64,000 bases of DNA. Origin: Chiloscyllium plagiosum. Taxonomy: Eukaryota. The notes under the pieces were generated by a model. The model worked only from the letters and a program-made list of their open reading frames with translations. It was not told the DNA's origin and made no database searches. The position numbers and the translations under genes were made by a program. The stretch covers positions 4,064,962-4,128,961 of the forward strand of contig NC_057758.1 of assembly GCF_004010195.1 (NCBI RefSeq). The letters are read 5' to 3'. The stretch's first letter is position 1. Every line of letters begins with the position of its first letter. Positions 27,112 through 39,777 of the stretch are shown here, piece after piece.

Positions 27112-27355
27112 GTGGAAAATCAAAGTAAATCAATCGGTTTACTATTTGCTATCTCAGTGAATTTTAGCTTAATACGGACAATGATGATGGTTTATCCGAT
27201 TCATGAATTTCTTTAGTTACAATCCCATATGGATGTCTCACGTAGCACATGAAAGAGACTTCATGCTGCAGCTGCTGAGTTGCTGTGAAAACCACTTGTC
27301 ATTATGACGTGATCTGAATGAAGTTTTGAGAGCATTTGAAAAGTGTTGAACTGTG
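27112..27355 (+). pseudogene. GPR139-like pseudogene fragment (TM6-TM7), duplication copy 1
   Basis: Reads VENQSKSIGLLFAISVNF, then after a frameshift WMSHVAHERDFMLQLLSCCEN, then TCHYDVI*MKF*EHLKSV. This aligns by eye with the intact gene's ENRRKSVLLLFVLSANF / HEIGFMLQLMSCCTNTLIYVVTESMFRNQLK. Stops and frameshifts present. Confidence 0.85.
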
Positions 27356-28869
27356 ATTTGATCGAATTATTATATGTATTAAACGACGATTTAAAAACTA
27401 AAAAAAATTCTGTCTCTAAAATCTGTTCATTAAAGTTTAATTCACCTTATTTTGTTACCAAATGAAACAACTCACATAAATCACCAGTACGGAATCCGTG
27501 GCTCTACACCCGATTCTGTATCAAATGGTCCCTTGTATCTGTGCGACATCACATTCAATAAGGTGTCAGCATGTGTCCCAAATGTCCTTCTTCATTGTAC
27601 TTTTCTGTGACAGTGATTGTTTATTATTGAGTATGATGCTTTGCCCAAAGAAACATATAATGCTCACACGAATGAGTTTCCTCACTGAGTCACTGGAGCC
27701 CGTGCTGTGGTCAGCACCTGCAGCAGTGCACCCAGGAAGCTCTGTCCAGAGATTTTTTCCCATCATTTCGAAGGAAGGTTGATGAAGGCCTCAGACTTGA
27801 CATGTTGTGAATTGAAAATGCTAATCAATTTAGCACAGCGTCCACGGTGTCTTTTATTATGTTTTTACTGATCACAGCTACAGAACGTGCAGACAAATGG
27901 ATTCCTGTGAGCAGCATCAACGTATCTTCGATATGATGCACATGATGTTCCTGTGTGGGGAAAGTGGAGAGTCAATGTTTTAGTGGTCGATGCGCTACTA
28001 ATCAAATGACCTACCGTGTCAAACATAAAGCATGGGTTGATTCCATTGAATTTCCAGACTTTGACCTGCTGATGGAATACCAGGATGCATGCTGTTGTTC
28101 AGGTGCAGATCGAAATGAATGGCCCATCACAGGCTGTGAATTGTGTGCGATGTCGTGACGGGAATATCATTGAACATGAAGGCTGGTGTGGTGCGGAGTA
28201 GTTTGATTCAATTTTGTGGAAATTACGATTTTGCTGAAGACTATGTGACACTTTGTGACATTAAAGCCCGTTGTCATTTGTCAGTACAAGCCTGACTATC
28301 CTCTGTATCATCATGCAATTGGAAGTAGAGTGGCGCAGTACAAATGCATCTGATCAAATCTTTTTGCAGTACTTCCAGTTGTGATTGTAGACTGAAAATT
28401 GGACAGTTGTAGGAACAGGTACATTACCGGTACCTCTGAAATTATCCCAAGTCTGAAACATTTGCACTCCTTTTCAATGATGTGATCCATTAGTTGTAGG
28501 ATCGCTTCACACTCTCTGTCGCATTCAGAAGGCATAAAATGGTGAGTTTATATTATAAATAATTGCTTCATAAGTTGATAATGAAATGCCTCACAAACCA
28601 TTACCTTTCATCCTGTCAATCACATGATTTGCCTTTGTGCACGGAAAACGCTTTGAAGAATACCAGAAATGGTTACAAAACGAATAGCCCAGTGTAAAAT
28701 TTACAAAGAGTTGCAAATGTGAATACCATAGCCGTCAAAGGGATCAAGTAACATGAAAACCAGAGATATTTGGAAAAATGGTCATAGTCCACATTACTCA
28801 ATGTGACCAAATAATGTTTCGTTTAGACTATCCCGAGTCATAGTTTTTTGGAGATGGAAATTAATTCAG

Positions 28870-29180
28870 ATTATCTACAGTATTGAAATAGTCTCTTTAG
28901 CCCAACAAGTCCACACAGACCCCCCCACCTCCCCAAGAAGTAAGCCATCCAGACTCCATTCCCCTACCATATATTTATCCCTGACTAACGCACCTAAAAT
29001 AATGGGTAACTCAGCATGACCAATTCACCTGACCTGCACATCATTCGATTGTGGGAGGAAACCAGAACGAACCCTCACAGACACGGGGAGACTGTCAAAC
29101 TTCATACAAGCAGTCGCACGAGACGGGAATCGACTCCGTGTCCCTGGTGCTGTGAGACTAACCACTGAGCCACCGCGTTG
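28870..29180 (-). mobile_element. HE1-like SINE (paralog at about 38360-38670)
   Basis: caattcacctgacctgcacatc...gtgggaggaaaccaga...acagacacggggaga...gtccctggtgctgtgag...ctaaccactgagccacc, including the tRNA-derived head. Confidence 0.8.
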
Positions 29181-32100
29181 CTACCATTCGAAACTCTGTT
29201 TGACCAGCTCTGCCTCCCGTGTGACCCACTTATTTGGAGGCAAATGATGTAAATATAGTGTGTTTTGTTTTCTCAGTTTTTGTGTCTGTTTCTGAGTCTG
29301 TGTCTCAGTCTATCATGCCCATTAACAGCCATGCATTTCTGCTCCTCTCTGTCACCCGATTCCTCGATTATTTCGTCTTGAACTATCTTGCGTTCTGCTT
29401 CATCACGAGTTGTCCCCTTGCCCTTTCTCCTGCCGTCTCACAGGCTACCTATCAATCTTTTTGCTTGTGTTACTGTGTGTGCCGATGTGTGTACCTTTGC
29501 TTTTGTTCGTGTCTGTCTTGGGTTCAGTTCTGTCTGCAATGGAACACTGACATGAATGAATGAATTAGAAAGTGATAAAGCAAAGTCGCAGAGTCTCTTG
29601 CTGCCTGCCCCTCTTTTCTTTAAAGTGATATCATGCCAGCCTCCTGGTTTAATTACGTCACGACACAAACACAAACTTTGTTTTGTTTGAAGATTTTATC
29701 AATGCCTCTGAATATCCCAGATCAACTCTATAGTGTAACCAGTTTTCGAGGGCGTTTGGTCAATTGCATCGATTATCCAGTCCTGAAGATGTGAGGATTA
29801 ATTGCTCATGACATCGAACTCACAGTCAGCCGAGGGGGGCATTAATCCCCCATTACGTTAATGCTCAATCCTCCCATAGTGAGGGGTTGGTCAATCCTTA
29901 ATTACATTGCTCATTCAGTCTTCCAGGAAATGTTTCAATCTCTGATCAAATATTTATCATTCTCCCTGTTTTATAAAATCTGTTTTTCTCTCTGATATTT
30001 TCTCTGTCACACATGTACTCACTTGCACGTTTCTTTCTGTGCCCACTTCATTTCCTCGATGACCATGTCATTACACACACTCACCACATCTCAATTTACC
30101 TCGCTCATTAACAACCTTGCCCTCTTCTCCTCACTTACTCCTTATTGCTCAGATATTACCGTCTCTCTTTGTTTCACGTTCTCTTTTTTTACGACTTGTC
30201 TCTTTGCCCCTTCCTCCCATTATCTCCGAGGTCACCTCTCCCTGGGTCTTCCTTCTTCCCACAAGGATAAAATATTTCTGGTATTCTATCATTGCCAGAT
30301 TGGTAAAACTTTTCTCCTGAAGTGGAACTGATTTACGACCAGTCGCCATCGAATATGAAACACATCAACAAAGTTGCAATGAATGAGCAGTCCCTGATAA
30401 TCTAGCAGCTCTTTATCTATCTGGAGATAGTGGAGAATAGTCCTTAACCGACGACAGTTCAAATATCACTCGTTGTCGAAAGTAAAACTGTTGAAATGTT
30501 TAGATCTTATTTAAGAATTATATATATTTTCGCTGTCCACATCTATTGGGGATGTAGCATTAGAAGTAGACTGATACAAGCATCACTTGCAGGCAAGAAT
30601 TCGTTGTTCATTCCTAATGACTAGCCTTGGTCATTAGCCTTAATTTAATGGCAGATTTAGATCAAACTTTCACAAATTATAGGAGGTGAAATTAACTGGC
30701 TTTCACAGCAAGACAGTACCTAAATGATTTTATAATCCAGGACACAAAGCCAATCTAGAGTGAAGGGACTGTGAGTGACGAACGTCCTTGAGTTTGAGTC
30801 ATGCTTACCTCTAATAACGATGCTAATGGCTCTTGGAAGTTGTTGTTACAGTCTCAGGATATCGAAGCTTAATTTCCTCTGGAACATATACCAATGATGA
30901 GGTGCAATACATGAGTTCAGAAACAACGGACACATCTAAAAAATAAGGGGCCACCCTGATGTAGCTTTCCTGATGAAATAGCAAAGTAGCAGAGAGAGCA
31001 TGCAATAGTCATAGCTCTGTGATCCCACAACCAAGGGGTCAGATATAACTTCCGAAGCCTGACTGTCCGTTGTGATGGTGTTCAGGTGAATATAAAGTAA
31101 AAAGGAAGAGCTTCAACGACTCTCCCCATCCTAAAGGATAAAGGAGCCCTGTCTGTTATGATAAAGTTGAGGCTGAAGCATTCCGAAGAGGTCCTCATAT
31201 AGGAACATTATTCAGATGATCCATTGCACCTCATGAACAGAATAAATTAGTAAATGCTATCTGATAAATCTAGATTGAGATTATGCATTTTTGTATGTTT
31301 AGACACCTAGTTGCCCGACAAATTGCTGCACATCATTTCCCTTCATTTTATAAATTAAACAAAAGGTAGTTTGAAAGACAATGGTTAAGCTGCAGTGTCA
31401 TTTTCAGTGACAGCTCATTCCTTGCAAACTTGTTCACGTGTCTCAGATTCGAAAGTAAATGTTTGGAGAGGAGAAGATGTAGAATTAGATTAGTATTCAG
31501 AGAAACAGAAATGGGAGAAAAGGAGAGAATGGCTGAGATGGACGTAATTTTTAAAGAAGGGGTGAGCGTGAGAATCAATGAAACAAAGTATCATCAATTT
31601 TCTAAAAGGCTATTTAGTTTATACGTCTTTGCTGCCAAAACTATGGAGACACAGAGAAGGACACAGCAAGTCAGAGTGAAAGAGAAAGATCGTCGGAATT
31701 ACGCTAAAAGAAAAACTTTCCACTTCATCTATTCCATTCACAGGGTGTTCCACGTTCTATGCAGTCTGCGAGTTCAAAGCGAATGTTGCCAGTTTTTGAA
31801 CTCCCGGAAAAAATGCCCAACTCTCTCTCTTTCTCTGCACCCCACTCACCCAACCTTCTCCTTCAAGATAGGGATTTAAAGAGAAGACATGGTGCAAATT
31901 CCTCCTCTCCTGCGTTACGCTGGGGCTCGCTGTACATTTACTTCAGCTATTTGGCACCTTGTGCTATTTAGTTTTGTGGTCAACATCGTTCAAATTTACT
32001 TCAGAACCAAAGGAACAGTTCCATGCCTGGGTGTCAATGAGACATTGTGGACCATGAGCAGGTTAATTGAGAACGGTAATGATTCAATAGTAGAATCTAT

Positions 32101-34521
32101 GCAAGCTGAAGTGCAGGCGTAAGGTGCATGACTTAAACGGTTTGCAACAGTCTAAGCTTTGTCACACACACGTATTAAATTGAAGAACACCAAACCAGTG
32201 GTTTTATATTTTATAAAACTGGGCAGAGGAGGATGTTTCTCCTATTTCCACGTTCCTAAACACTGGGTGATGCCAGACCGTTAAGAATAAAGAGAGTGCT
32301 GAATGATTTCTGAATGCATGTTCTATCAGAAGTGTTTCCACGATCAGCCTCTTGCTCCCATACGCTATCTCTCCATCCCCGATGACGGAGGCAAGGCAAA
32401 TTTTGATGGAAGTAGATAGGAGCTTGCAGGCTATGCTGGCAGAGTCATCTCCGGGAAGTATGAAAAGTTTGAAGTGAGATAACTAGATTTTACAGAGCAT
32501 ATATTTCCGTGAAAGTAAAATGCAGGATTGACAGCAATAGGGAACCCAGCATGACGAGATATTGAGGCTTTTTACGAGAGAAAAGAACAAATTTTGGCAC
32601 TGCTGTCGGCAGCTGGATGAAGGGAACACCAGAGACTTTGCATTTGCAGAATTATATTTGCAGATCAACATTGTTTTGCACAAAAAATGAATAACTTGTA
32701 GGGAGTCAATGAAGACAATCATTCCATATGATATTTAATAAATTCTGCTTTGGAAATAAACCCAGTCTGTCTCAAAATTGGGTACAGACAGATTCTGACC
32801 TCACTGCTTCAGTGCATTGTCTGAGCTGAGATGACGCCTTCTTCTATGCATCCTTAAGTTACGTTGACAATGGGAATTAAAAGAAGTTCTAGAATTTACA
32901 TATTAAGATCTGCAAACCTGTTTTGAAAGATGAAAGACGCAACAGCAATCTGTGTTCGTTAAAGACATTTTACTTGCATGTCATTAAATTTTTGCGATAA
33001 ATTCTTTGTTTTATGTTCATGATTCACAGCCACCTGAATAAGGAGCAGTGCTCTAAAATGTCGCGCTTCAAAATAACAATGTTGGGCTGTACCCTGGTGT
33101 TGTGCGATTTTTAACTTTGGCTTCTCTGAATAACAACTAAGTTTCTCTTGTGCCAGGTGACGCTCGAACAAGCAGATTGAACATCTGTCACTCCACCCAC
33201 TCTATTCTCATTGAATTTGGATCGGCAAGGGCTCATTGATGCCACTCGACGTCAAATCCAACGTTGATCATAAGGGCAGTCACTCTCACCTCACCTTTGA
33301 AATTCATTTCTTTTATCTCGTGTTTACATTGACTCATGTCATATTTGGTGAAGTTGGCATATTTGTTGCCTGTCCCAGCTGCCTATTCACAAGATGGTGG
33401 CGAGACATCTTTTTGAACCATTGCAGTAAATTGTGGGCGAATTGATCAATGTCTGTGCATGGTGATTGGAACTCCAAAAAAACTACTCCTTCGTGTTCAG
33501 AGATATCCCGTCTCTTATAACTTTGATCAGGAAAATCAGATTGGATAGTGCATTGAGGCAAGTCTTCGAGGGAAATATTGAGCAATCCAAAATTGTTTAA
33601 ACTCAGAAACATTTAACATTCTGTAACGCCAGGAGAGAAAGAGGAGGAAAGAGAGAATGAGGGAAAGCTGGATAGAAATGGAAGGACTAGTGAGAAATTG
33701 AAAATATTTGGGGAATAGAACTGAAAGAGACAGTGGTCCATGCCTGTTTACCTGTTTAACTCCAGCCTTGGCTTTATCCTGTCCTAATGGGAGGTTACAC
33801 ACATGCGACTGATTCGTTTTACCCAGCCGGGATACGATTTGGCCGTGGGAGATCTCAATGTTGAAGACAGACTTTGCGATGGCTCATTAAATGAGGAATG
33901 ACACAGGAAAGCATCCTGCTACTGGCTCTCCCACAGCACCCGCTGTTATCTGACATATCTGTCATTTCTGCAAGATAAATTCCACTCGGAGGATTCTCTG
34001 AGGAGACCAAATGATACAGAATAGATTCTTGCCTGTCGACCTAGAGGCATCGTCGGTAAAGAAGGAACTCATCACAACTGAACTGGTTGATCACGTGTTA
34101 TGAGATCACAAATCATGTGGTGAAATACCGAGAGGGAAACATCCACTTGGTTTTAGTCCCATCGACGTCCCCGTCACAGATACACATGTACCGATTGCGT
34201 TAAAGGTGAGGAGAGGTCACACTGTTGGGAGTTTTCTATAGGCCTCTGCAAAGTCCCAGAAATGTAGAGAAAAGGATTTCGAAGATTATTCTGGATAGGA
34301 GCGAAAGTAACAAGGTACTTGTAAGACTTTAATATCTGAATATTGATCGGAAACACGAGAGTAGGAGTACATGAGTTTTGTCAGCTTTTGTCCAATGTGT
34401 GCAGGAGGGTTTCCGGACTCAGGAGGTACATGGGCCAACAAGAGCTGAGGCCACAATGCATTTAATACTTGGTACTGAACCATAACAAGTGTTACATTTG
34501 GTGGTAGTTGAGCACTTTGTT

Positions 34522-35021
34522 NNNNNNNNNNNNNNNNNNNNNNNNNNNNNNNNNNNNNNNNNNNNNNNNNNNNNNNNNNNNNNNNNNNNNNNNNNNNNNN
34601 NNNNNNNNNNNNNNNNNNNNNNNNNNNNNNNNNNNNNNNNNNNNNNNNNNNNNNNNNNNNNNNNNNNNNNNNNNNNNNNNNNNNNNNNNNNNNNNNNNNN
34701 NNNNNNNNNNNNNNNNNNNNNNNNNNNNNNNNNNNNNNNNNNNNNNNNNNNNNNNNNNNNNNNNNNNNNNNNNNNNNNNNNNNNNNNNNNNNNNNNNNNN
34801 NNNNNNNNNNNNNNNNNNNNNNNNNNNNNNNNNNNNNNNNNNNNNNNNNNNNNNNNNNNNNNNNNNNNNNNNNNNNNNNNNNNNNNNNNNNNNNNNNNNN
34901 NNNNNNNNNNNNNNNNNNNNNNNNNNNNNNNNNNNNNNNNNNNNNNNNNNNNNNNNNNNNNNNNNNNNNNNNNNNNNNNNNNNNNNNNNNNNNNNNNNNN
35001 NNNNNNNNNNNNNNNNNNNNN
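34522..35021. other. Assembly gap (500 N)
   Basis: Run of N between the two duplication copies. Confidence 1.
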
Positions 35022-36597
35022 TGTTAGCAAGGAGTTTCAAATTCACACTTTCAAAGACAGGGAGCTTCTTTCTGTGTGCAAACTTATCCATGTTTGACAA
35101 TACATTCACAAACATCCACTTCCCCTACACAGATGCTGAGTCACAGCAGTGTGTACCATCGGCCAAGAGTATGGGATTTTAGAAGGAAAGAAAGATCGGA
35201 GAAATTGGCCTTTTACTCCTCGGAAGAGAGAAGTGGTGACTTATTCAGTTGTTCAAAAATATGGACCTCAGAGAAATCCATGGATTCATCAAGTCACAGA
35301 CTGCCTTAGCTTCCTTCACCCTGTCCGGTCTCTGCTGCCAACGATGCAATAAAACTACATGAGTCCACTTCCCCACATCGTCCTCAAAGCCTGCAAGTGC
35401 GTTTTAATGGTTATGGCGATTCCACCTCAGCGACTCTCCCAGACACAGCATTCCACACCCCATTCTCTGCGTGAAAACGTAATCCTTCATAACCTGTCGA
35501 TCACCTTTCTCTTCAGCATAAAACAATATCCTACTTTTTCTTGACAAAGATTGAGTGAAGCAGTTGCATTGTATCCCCTCTGCCCGTGACACTCATAATC
35601 GTAAGCACACCGAACAGTGCAAATCTGCAACTTTCTCTTCCCCAAAGACAATAAAGTGAGCTTGACAAGTCTCTCAACACAGATAAACTTCTGTAAACAA
35701 TTTTCATTTGCGCATCTACTTCTGTGCGTGTCTGTGTCCACGTATGTGTTTGTGCGTGAGAGTGCGCATGTCTGTGTATTTGTGTCTGTGTTTGTGTGTA
35801 TCTGTATGTGTGTGAGAGACAGAGAAAAGACAGAATCAGAAATAAAGAGTGATTATGTCTTTCATCAGCTCTGCGTGAAATGGAGCACACTTTGGGTAAA
35901 TGAATTAAACATGATTTATCAAAAGCTCTTTCTCTACCTGTCTGAGATTTAAGTGATGACCCAGATCGATAATGAAAATTAGTGCGAAGTATTTGTATAT
36001 GCAAATGAATATTAGTTTGTTAAAGCAATCGGCGTCTCCGCGAAGGCATGTGGAATGTCTGCTTGTGTGTCTGTATATGCAAGGCTGTTTGTGTGTGTGT
36101 GTGTGTGTTCGTTTTTATGGATGTGCGTGTACATATGTGTTTTTTTCTGTGTCTGGGTATGTGCGTGTTTCTGTGGCTACTAATTTCTCTCTCTCTCTCT
36201 ATCTCTGTCTCTTTCTGTGTGTGTGTGAATATGTAAGAAAGGGTCTTAATCTGTGTGTGTGTGTGTGTGTGTGTGTGTCTGCCTGTCTGTCTGTCTGTTG
36301 TGTGTCTGTATGATGATACCTGCTTGCAATAGGATACAATTTGAATGAATGAATTAAACCGCGATGAATCTCTGTGTTTTTCTCTCGTGTTTCAAGTGAT
36401 AGAATGCCATCTTCTGATGACTGCACAACGTAACTGCGTAGCAACATATTTTTGTTTTCTGAGAAAATGACAATACCTGTTGATTTTCAAGGTTGTACAT
36501 GTGTTATGTGTTTTTAGGAAAGTGTTTGGAGACTCTCAGCAACTTTTTGCTTTCCCCGGTGATGTTGTTCCGACGATCTGAGTAGAAGGAGAAGAAC

Positions 36598-36840
36598 GTG
36601 AAAAATCGACGTAAATCAATCGGTTTACTGTTTGCTATCTCTGTGAATTTTAGCTTAATACGGACAATGATGATGGTTTATCCGAGACATGACTTTCTTT
36701 AGTTACAATCCGATATGGATGTCTCACATAGCACATGAAAGAGACTTCATGCTGCAGCTGCTGAGTTGCTGTGAAAACCACTTGTCATTATGACGTGATC
36801 GGAAAGAAGTTTTGAGAGCATTTGAAAAGTATTGAACTGT
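36598..36840 (+). pseudogene. GPR139-like pseudogene fragment (TM6-TM7), duplication copy 2
   Basis: VKNRRKSIGLLFAISVNF...FMLQLLSCC, with the same frameshift pattern as 27112-27355. Confidence 0.85.
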
Positions 36841-39320
36841 GATTTGATCGGATTATTATATGTATTAAACGACGATTAAAAAACTAAAAATACTTTACTG
36901 TCTCTAAAATCTGTTCATTAAAGTTTAATTCACCTTATTTTGTTACCAAATGAAACAACTCACGTAAATCACCAGTACGGAATCCGTGGCTCTACACCCG
37001 ATTCTGTATCAAGTCTTCCCTTGTATCGATGCGACATCACATTCAATAAGGTGTCAGCATGTGTCCCAAATGTCCTTCTTCATTGTACTTTTCTGTGACA
37101 GTGATTGTTTATTATTGAGTATGATGCTTTGCCCAACGAAACATATAGTGCTCACACGAATGATTTTCCTCACTGAGTCACTGGAGCCCGTGCTGTGGTC
37201 AGCACCTGCAGCAGTGCACTCAGGAAGCACTGTCCAGAGATTATTTTCCCATCATTTCGAAGGAAGGTTGATGAAGGCCTCAGACTTGACATGTTGTGAA
37301 TTGGAAATGCTAATCAATTTATCACAGCGTCCACGGTGTCTTTTATTATGTTTTTACTGATCACGGCTACAGAACGTGCAGACAAATGGATTCCTGTGAG
37401 CAGCATCAACGTATCTTCGATATGATGCACACTGATGCTCCTGTGTGGGGATAGTGGAGAGTCAATGTTTCAGTGGTCGATGCGCTACTAATCAAATGAC
37501 CTACCGTGTCAGACATAAAGCAAGGGTTGATTTCATGGAATTTCCAGACTTTGACCTGCTGTTGGAATACCAGGATGCATGTTGTTGTTCAGGTGCAGAT
37601 CGAAATGAATGGCCCATCACAGGCTGTGAATTGTGTGCGATGTCGTGACGGGAATGTCATTGAACATGAAGGCTGGTGTGGTGCGGAGTAGTTTGATTTA
37701 ATTTTGTGGAAATTAGGATTTTGCTGAAGACTATGTGACACTATGTGACACTACAGCCCGTTGCTATTTGTCAGTACAAACCTGACTATCCTCTGTATCA
37801 TCATGCAGTTGGATGTAGAGTGGCGCATTACAAATGCATCTGATCAAATCTTTTTGCAGTACTTCCAGTTGTGATTGTAGACTGAAAATTGGACAGTTGT
37901 AGGAAGAGGGACATTACCGGTACCTCTGAAATTAACCCAAGTCTGAAACATTTGCACTCCTTTTCAATGATGTGATACATTAGTTGGAGGATCGCTTCAC
38001 ACTCTCTGTCGCATTCAGAAGGCATAAAATGCTGAGTTTATATTATAAATAATTGCTTCATAAGTTGGTAATGAAATGCCTCACAAACCATTACCTTTCA
38101 TCCTGTCAATCACATGATTTGCCTTTGTGCACGGAAAACGCTTTGAAGAATACCAGAAATGGTTACAAAACGAATAGCCCAGTGTCAAATTTACAAAGAG
38201 TTGCAAATGTGAATACCATAGCCGTAAAAGGGATCAATTAACATGAGAACCAGAGATATTTGGAAAAATGGTCATAGTCCAGATTACTCAATGTGACCAA
38301 ATAATGTTTCGCTTAGACTATCCCGAGTTATAGCTTTTGGAGATGGAAATTAGTTTAGATTATCTACAGGATTGAAATAGGCTCTTTAGCCCAACAAGTC
38401 CACACCGACACCCCCCCCCCCCACCAAGAAGTAACCCATCCAGACCCCATCCCCTACCATATATTTATCCCTGACTAACGCACCTAAAACAATGGGTAAC
38501 ATGGCATGACCAATTCACCTGACCTGCACATCATTGGATTGTGGGAGGAAACCTGAGCGAACCCTCACAGACACGGGGAGACTGTCAAACTTCATACAGG
38601 CAGTCGCACGAGATCGGAATCGACCTCGTGTCCCTGGTGCTGTGAGACTAACCACAGAGCTACCGTGTTGCTACGATTCGAAACTCTGTATGACCAGCTC
38701 TGCCTCCCATGTGACCCACTTATTTGGAGGTAAATGATGTAAACATAGTGTGTTTTGTTTTCTCAGTTTTTTTGTCTGTTTCTGAGTCTGTGTCTCAGTC
38801 TATCAGGCCCATTAACAGCCATGCATCTTGTGTTCAGTTCTGTCTGCAATGGAACACTGACATGAATGAATGAATTAGAAAGTGATAAAGCAAAGTCGCA
38901 GAGTCTCTTGCTGCCTGCCCCTCTTTTCTTTAAAGTGATATCATGCCAGCCTCCTGGTTTAATTACGTCACAACACAAACACAAACTTTGTTTTGTTTGA
39001 AGATTTTATCAATGCCTCTGAATATCACAGGTCAAGCGTAAAGAGTAATCAGTTTTCGAGGGCGTTTGGTCAATTGCATCGATTATCCAGTCCTGAAGAT
39101 GTGAGAATTAATTGCACATGAAATCGAACTCACAGTCAGCCGACGGGGGCATCAATTCCCCTATTACGTTAATGCTCAATCCTCCCATAGTGAGGGGTGG
39201 ATCAATCCTTCATTACATTGCTCATTCAGTCTTCCAGGAAATGTTTCAATCTCTGATCAAATATTTATCATTCTCCCTGTTTTATAAAATCTGTTTTTCT
39301 CTCTGATATTTTCTCTGTCA

Positions 39321-39777
39321 NNNNNNNNNNNNNNNNNNNNNNNNNNNNNNNNNNNNNNNNNNNNNNNNNNNNNNNNNNNNNNNNNNNNNNNNNNNNNNNN
39401 NNNNNNNNNNNNNNNNNNNNNNNNNNNNNNNNNNNNNNNNNNNNNNNNNNNNNNNNNNNNNNNNNNNNNNNNNNNNNNNNNNNNNNNNNNNNNNNNNNNN
39501 NNNNNNNNNNNNNNNNNNNNNNNNNNNNNNNNNNNNNNNNNNNNNNNNNNNNNNNNNNNNNNNNNNNNNNNNNNNNNNNNNNNNNNNNNNNNNNNNNNNN
39601 NNNNNNNNNNNNNNNNNNNNNNNNNNNNNNNNNNNNNNNNNNNNNNNNNNNNNNNNNNNNNNNNNNNNNNNNNNNNNNNNNNNNNNNNNNNNNNNNNNNN
39701 NNNNNNNNNNNNNNNNNNNNNNNNNNNNNNNNNNNNNNNNNNNNNNNNNNNNNNNNNNNNNNNNNNNNNNNNNNNNN
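39321..39777. other. Assembly gap (457 N)
   Basis: Run of N. The corresponding interval in copy 1 is only 85 bp (30010-30094). Confidence 1.

Larger units (their letters stand above)
25536..34521 (+). repeat. Tandem segmental duplication, copy 1 (about 9.0 kb)
   Basis: Colinear with 35022-44577 from caaggagtttcaaattcac through to gagcactttgtt. Spot check gives 5 differences in 120 bp (27481-27600 versus about 36969-37088). Confidence 0.95.

Noticed and set aside
30809..30935. Minus-strand exon-like segment with good acceptor and donor
   Set aside because: Stops in all three frames, the donor is lost in copy 2, and no recognisable product.
34419..35182. Long ORFs of about 200 aa (also 39318-39797)
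   Set aside because: Artefacts of N runs.
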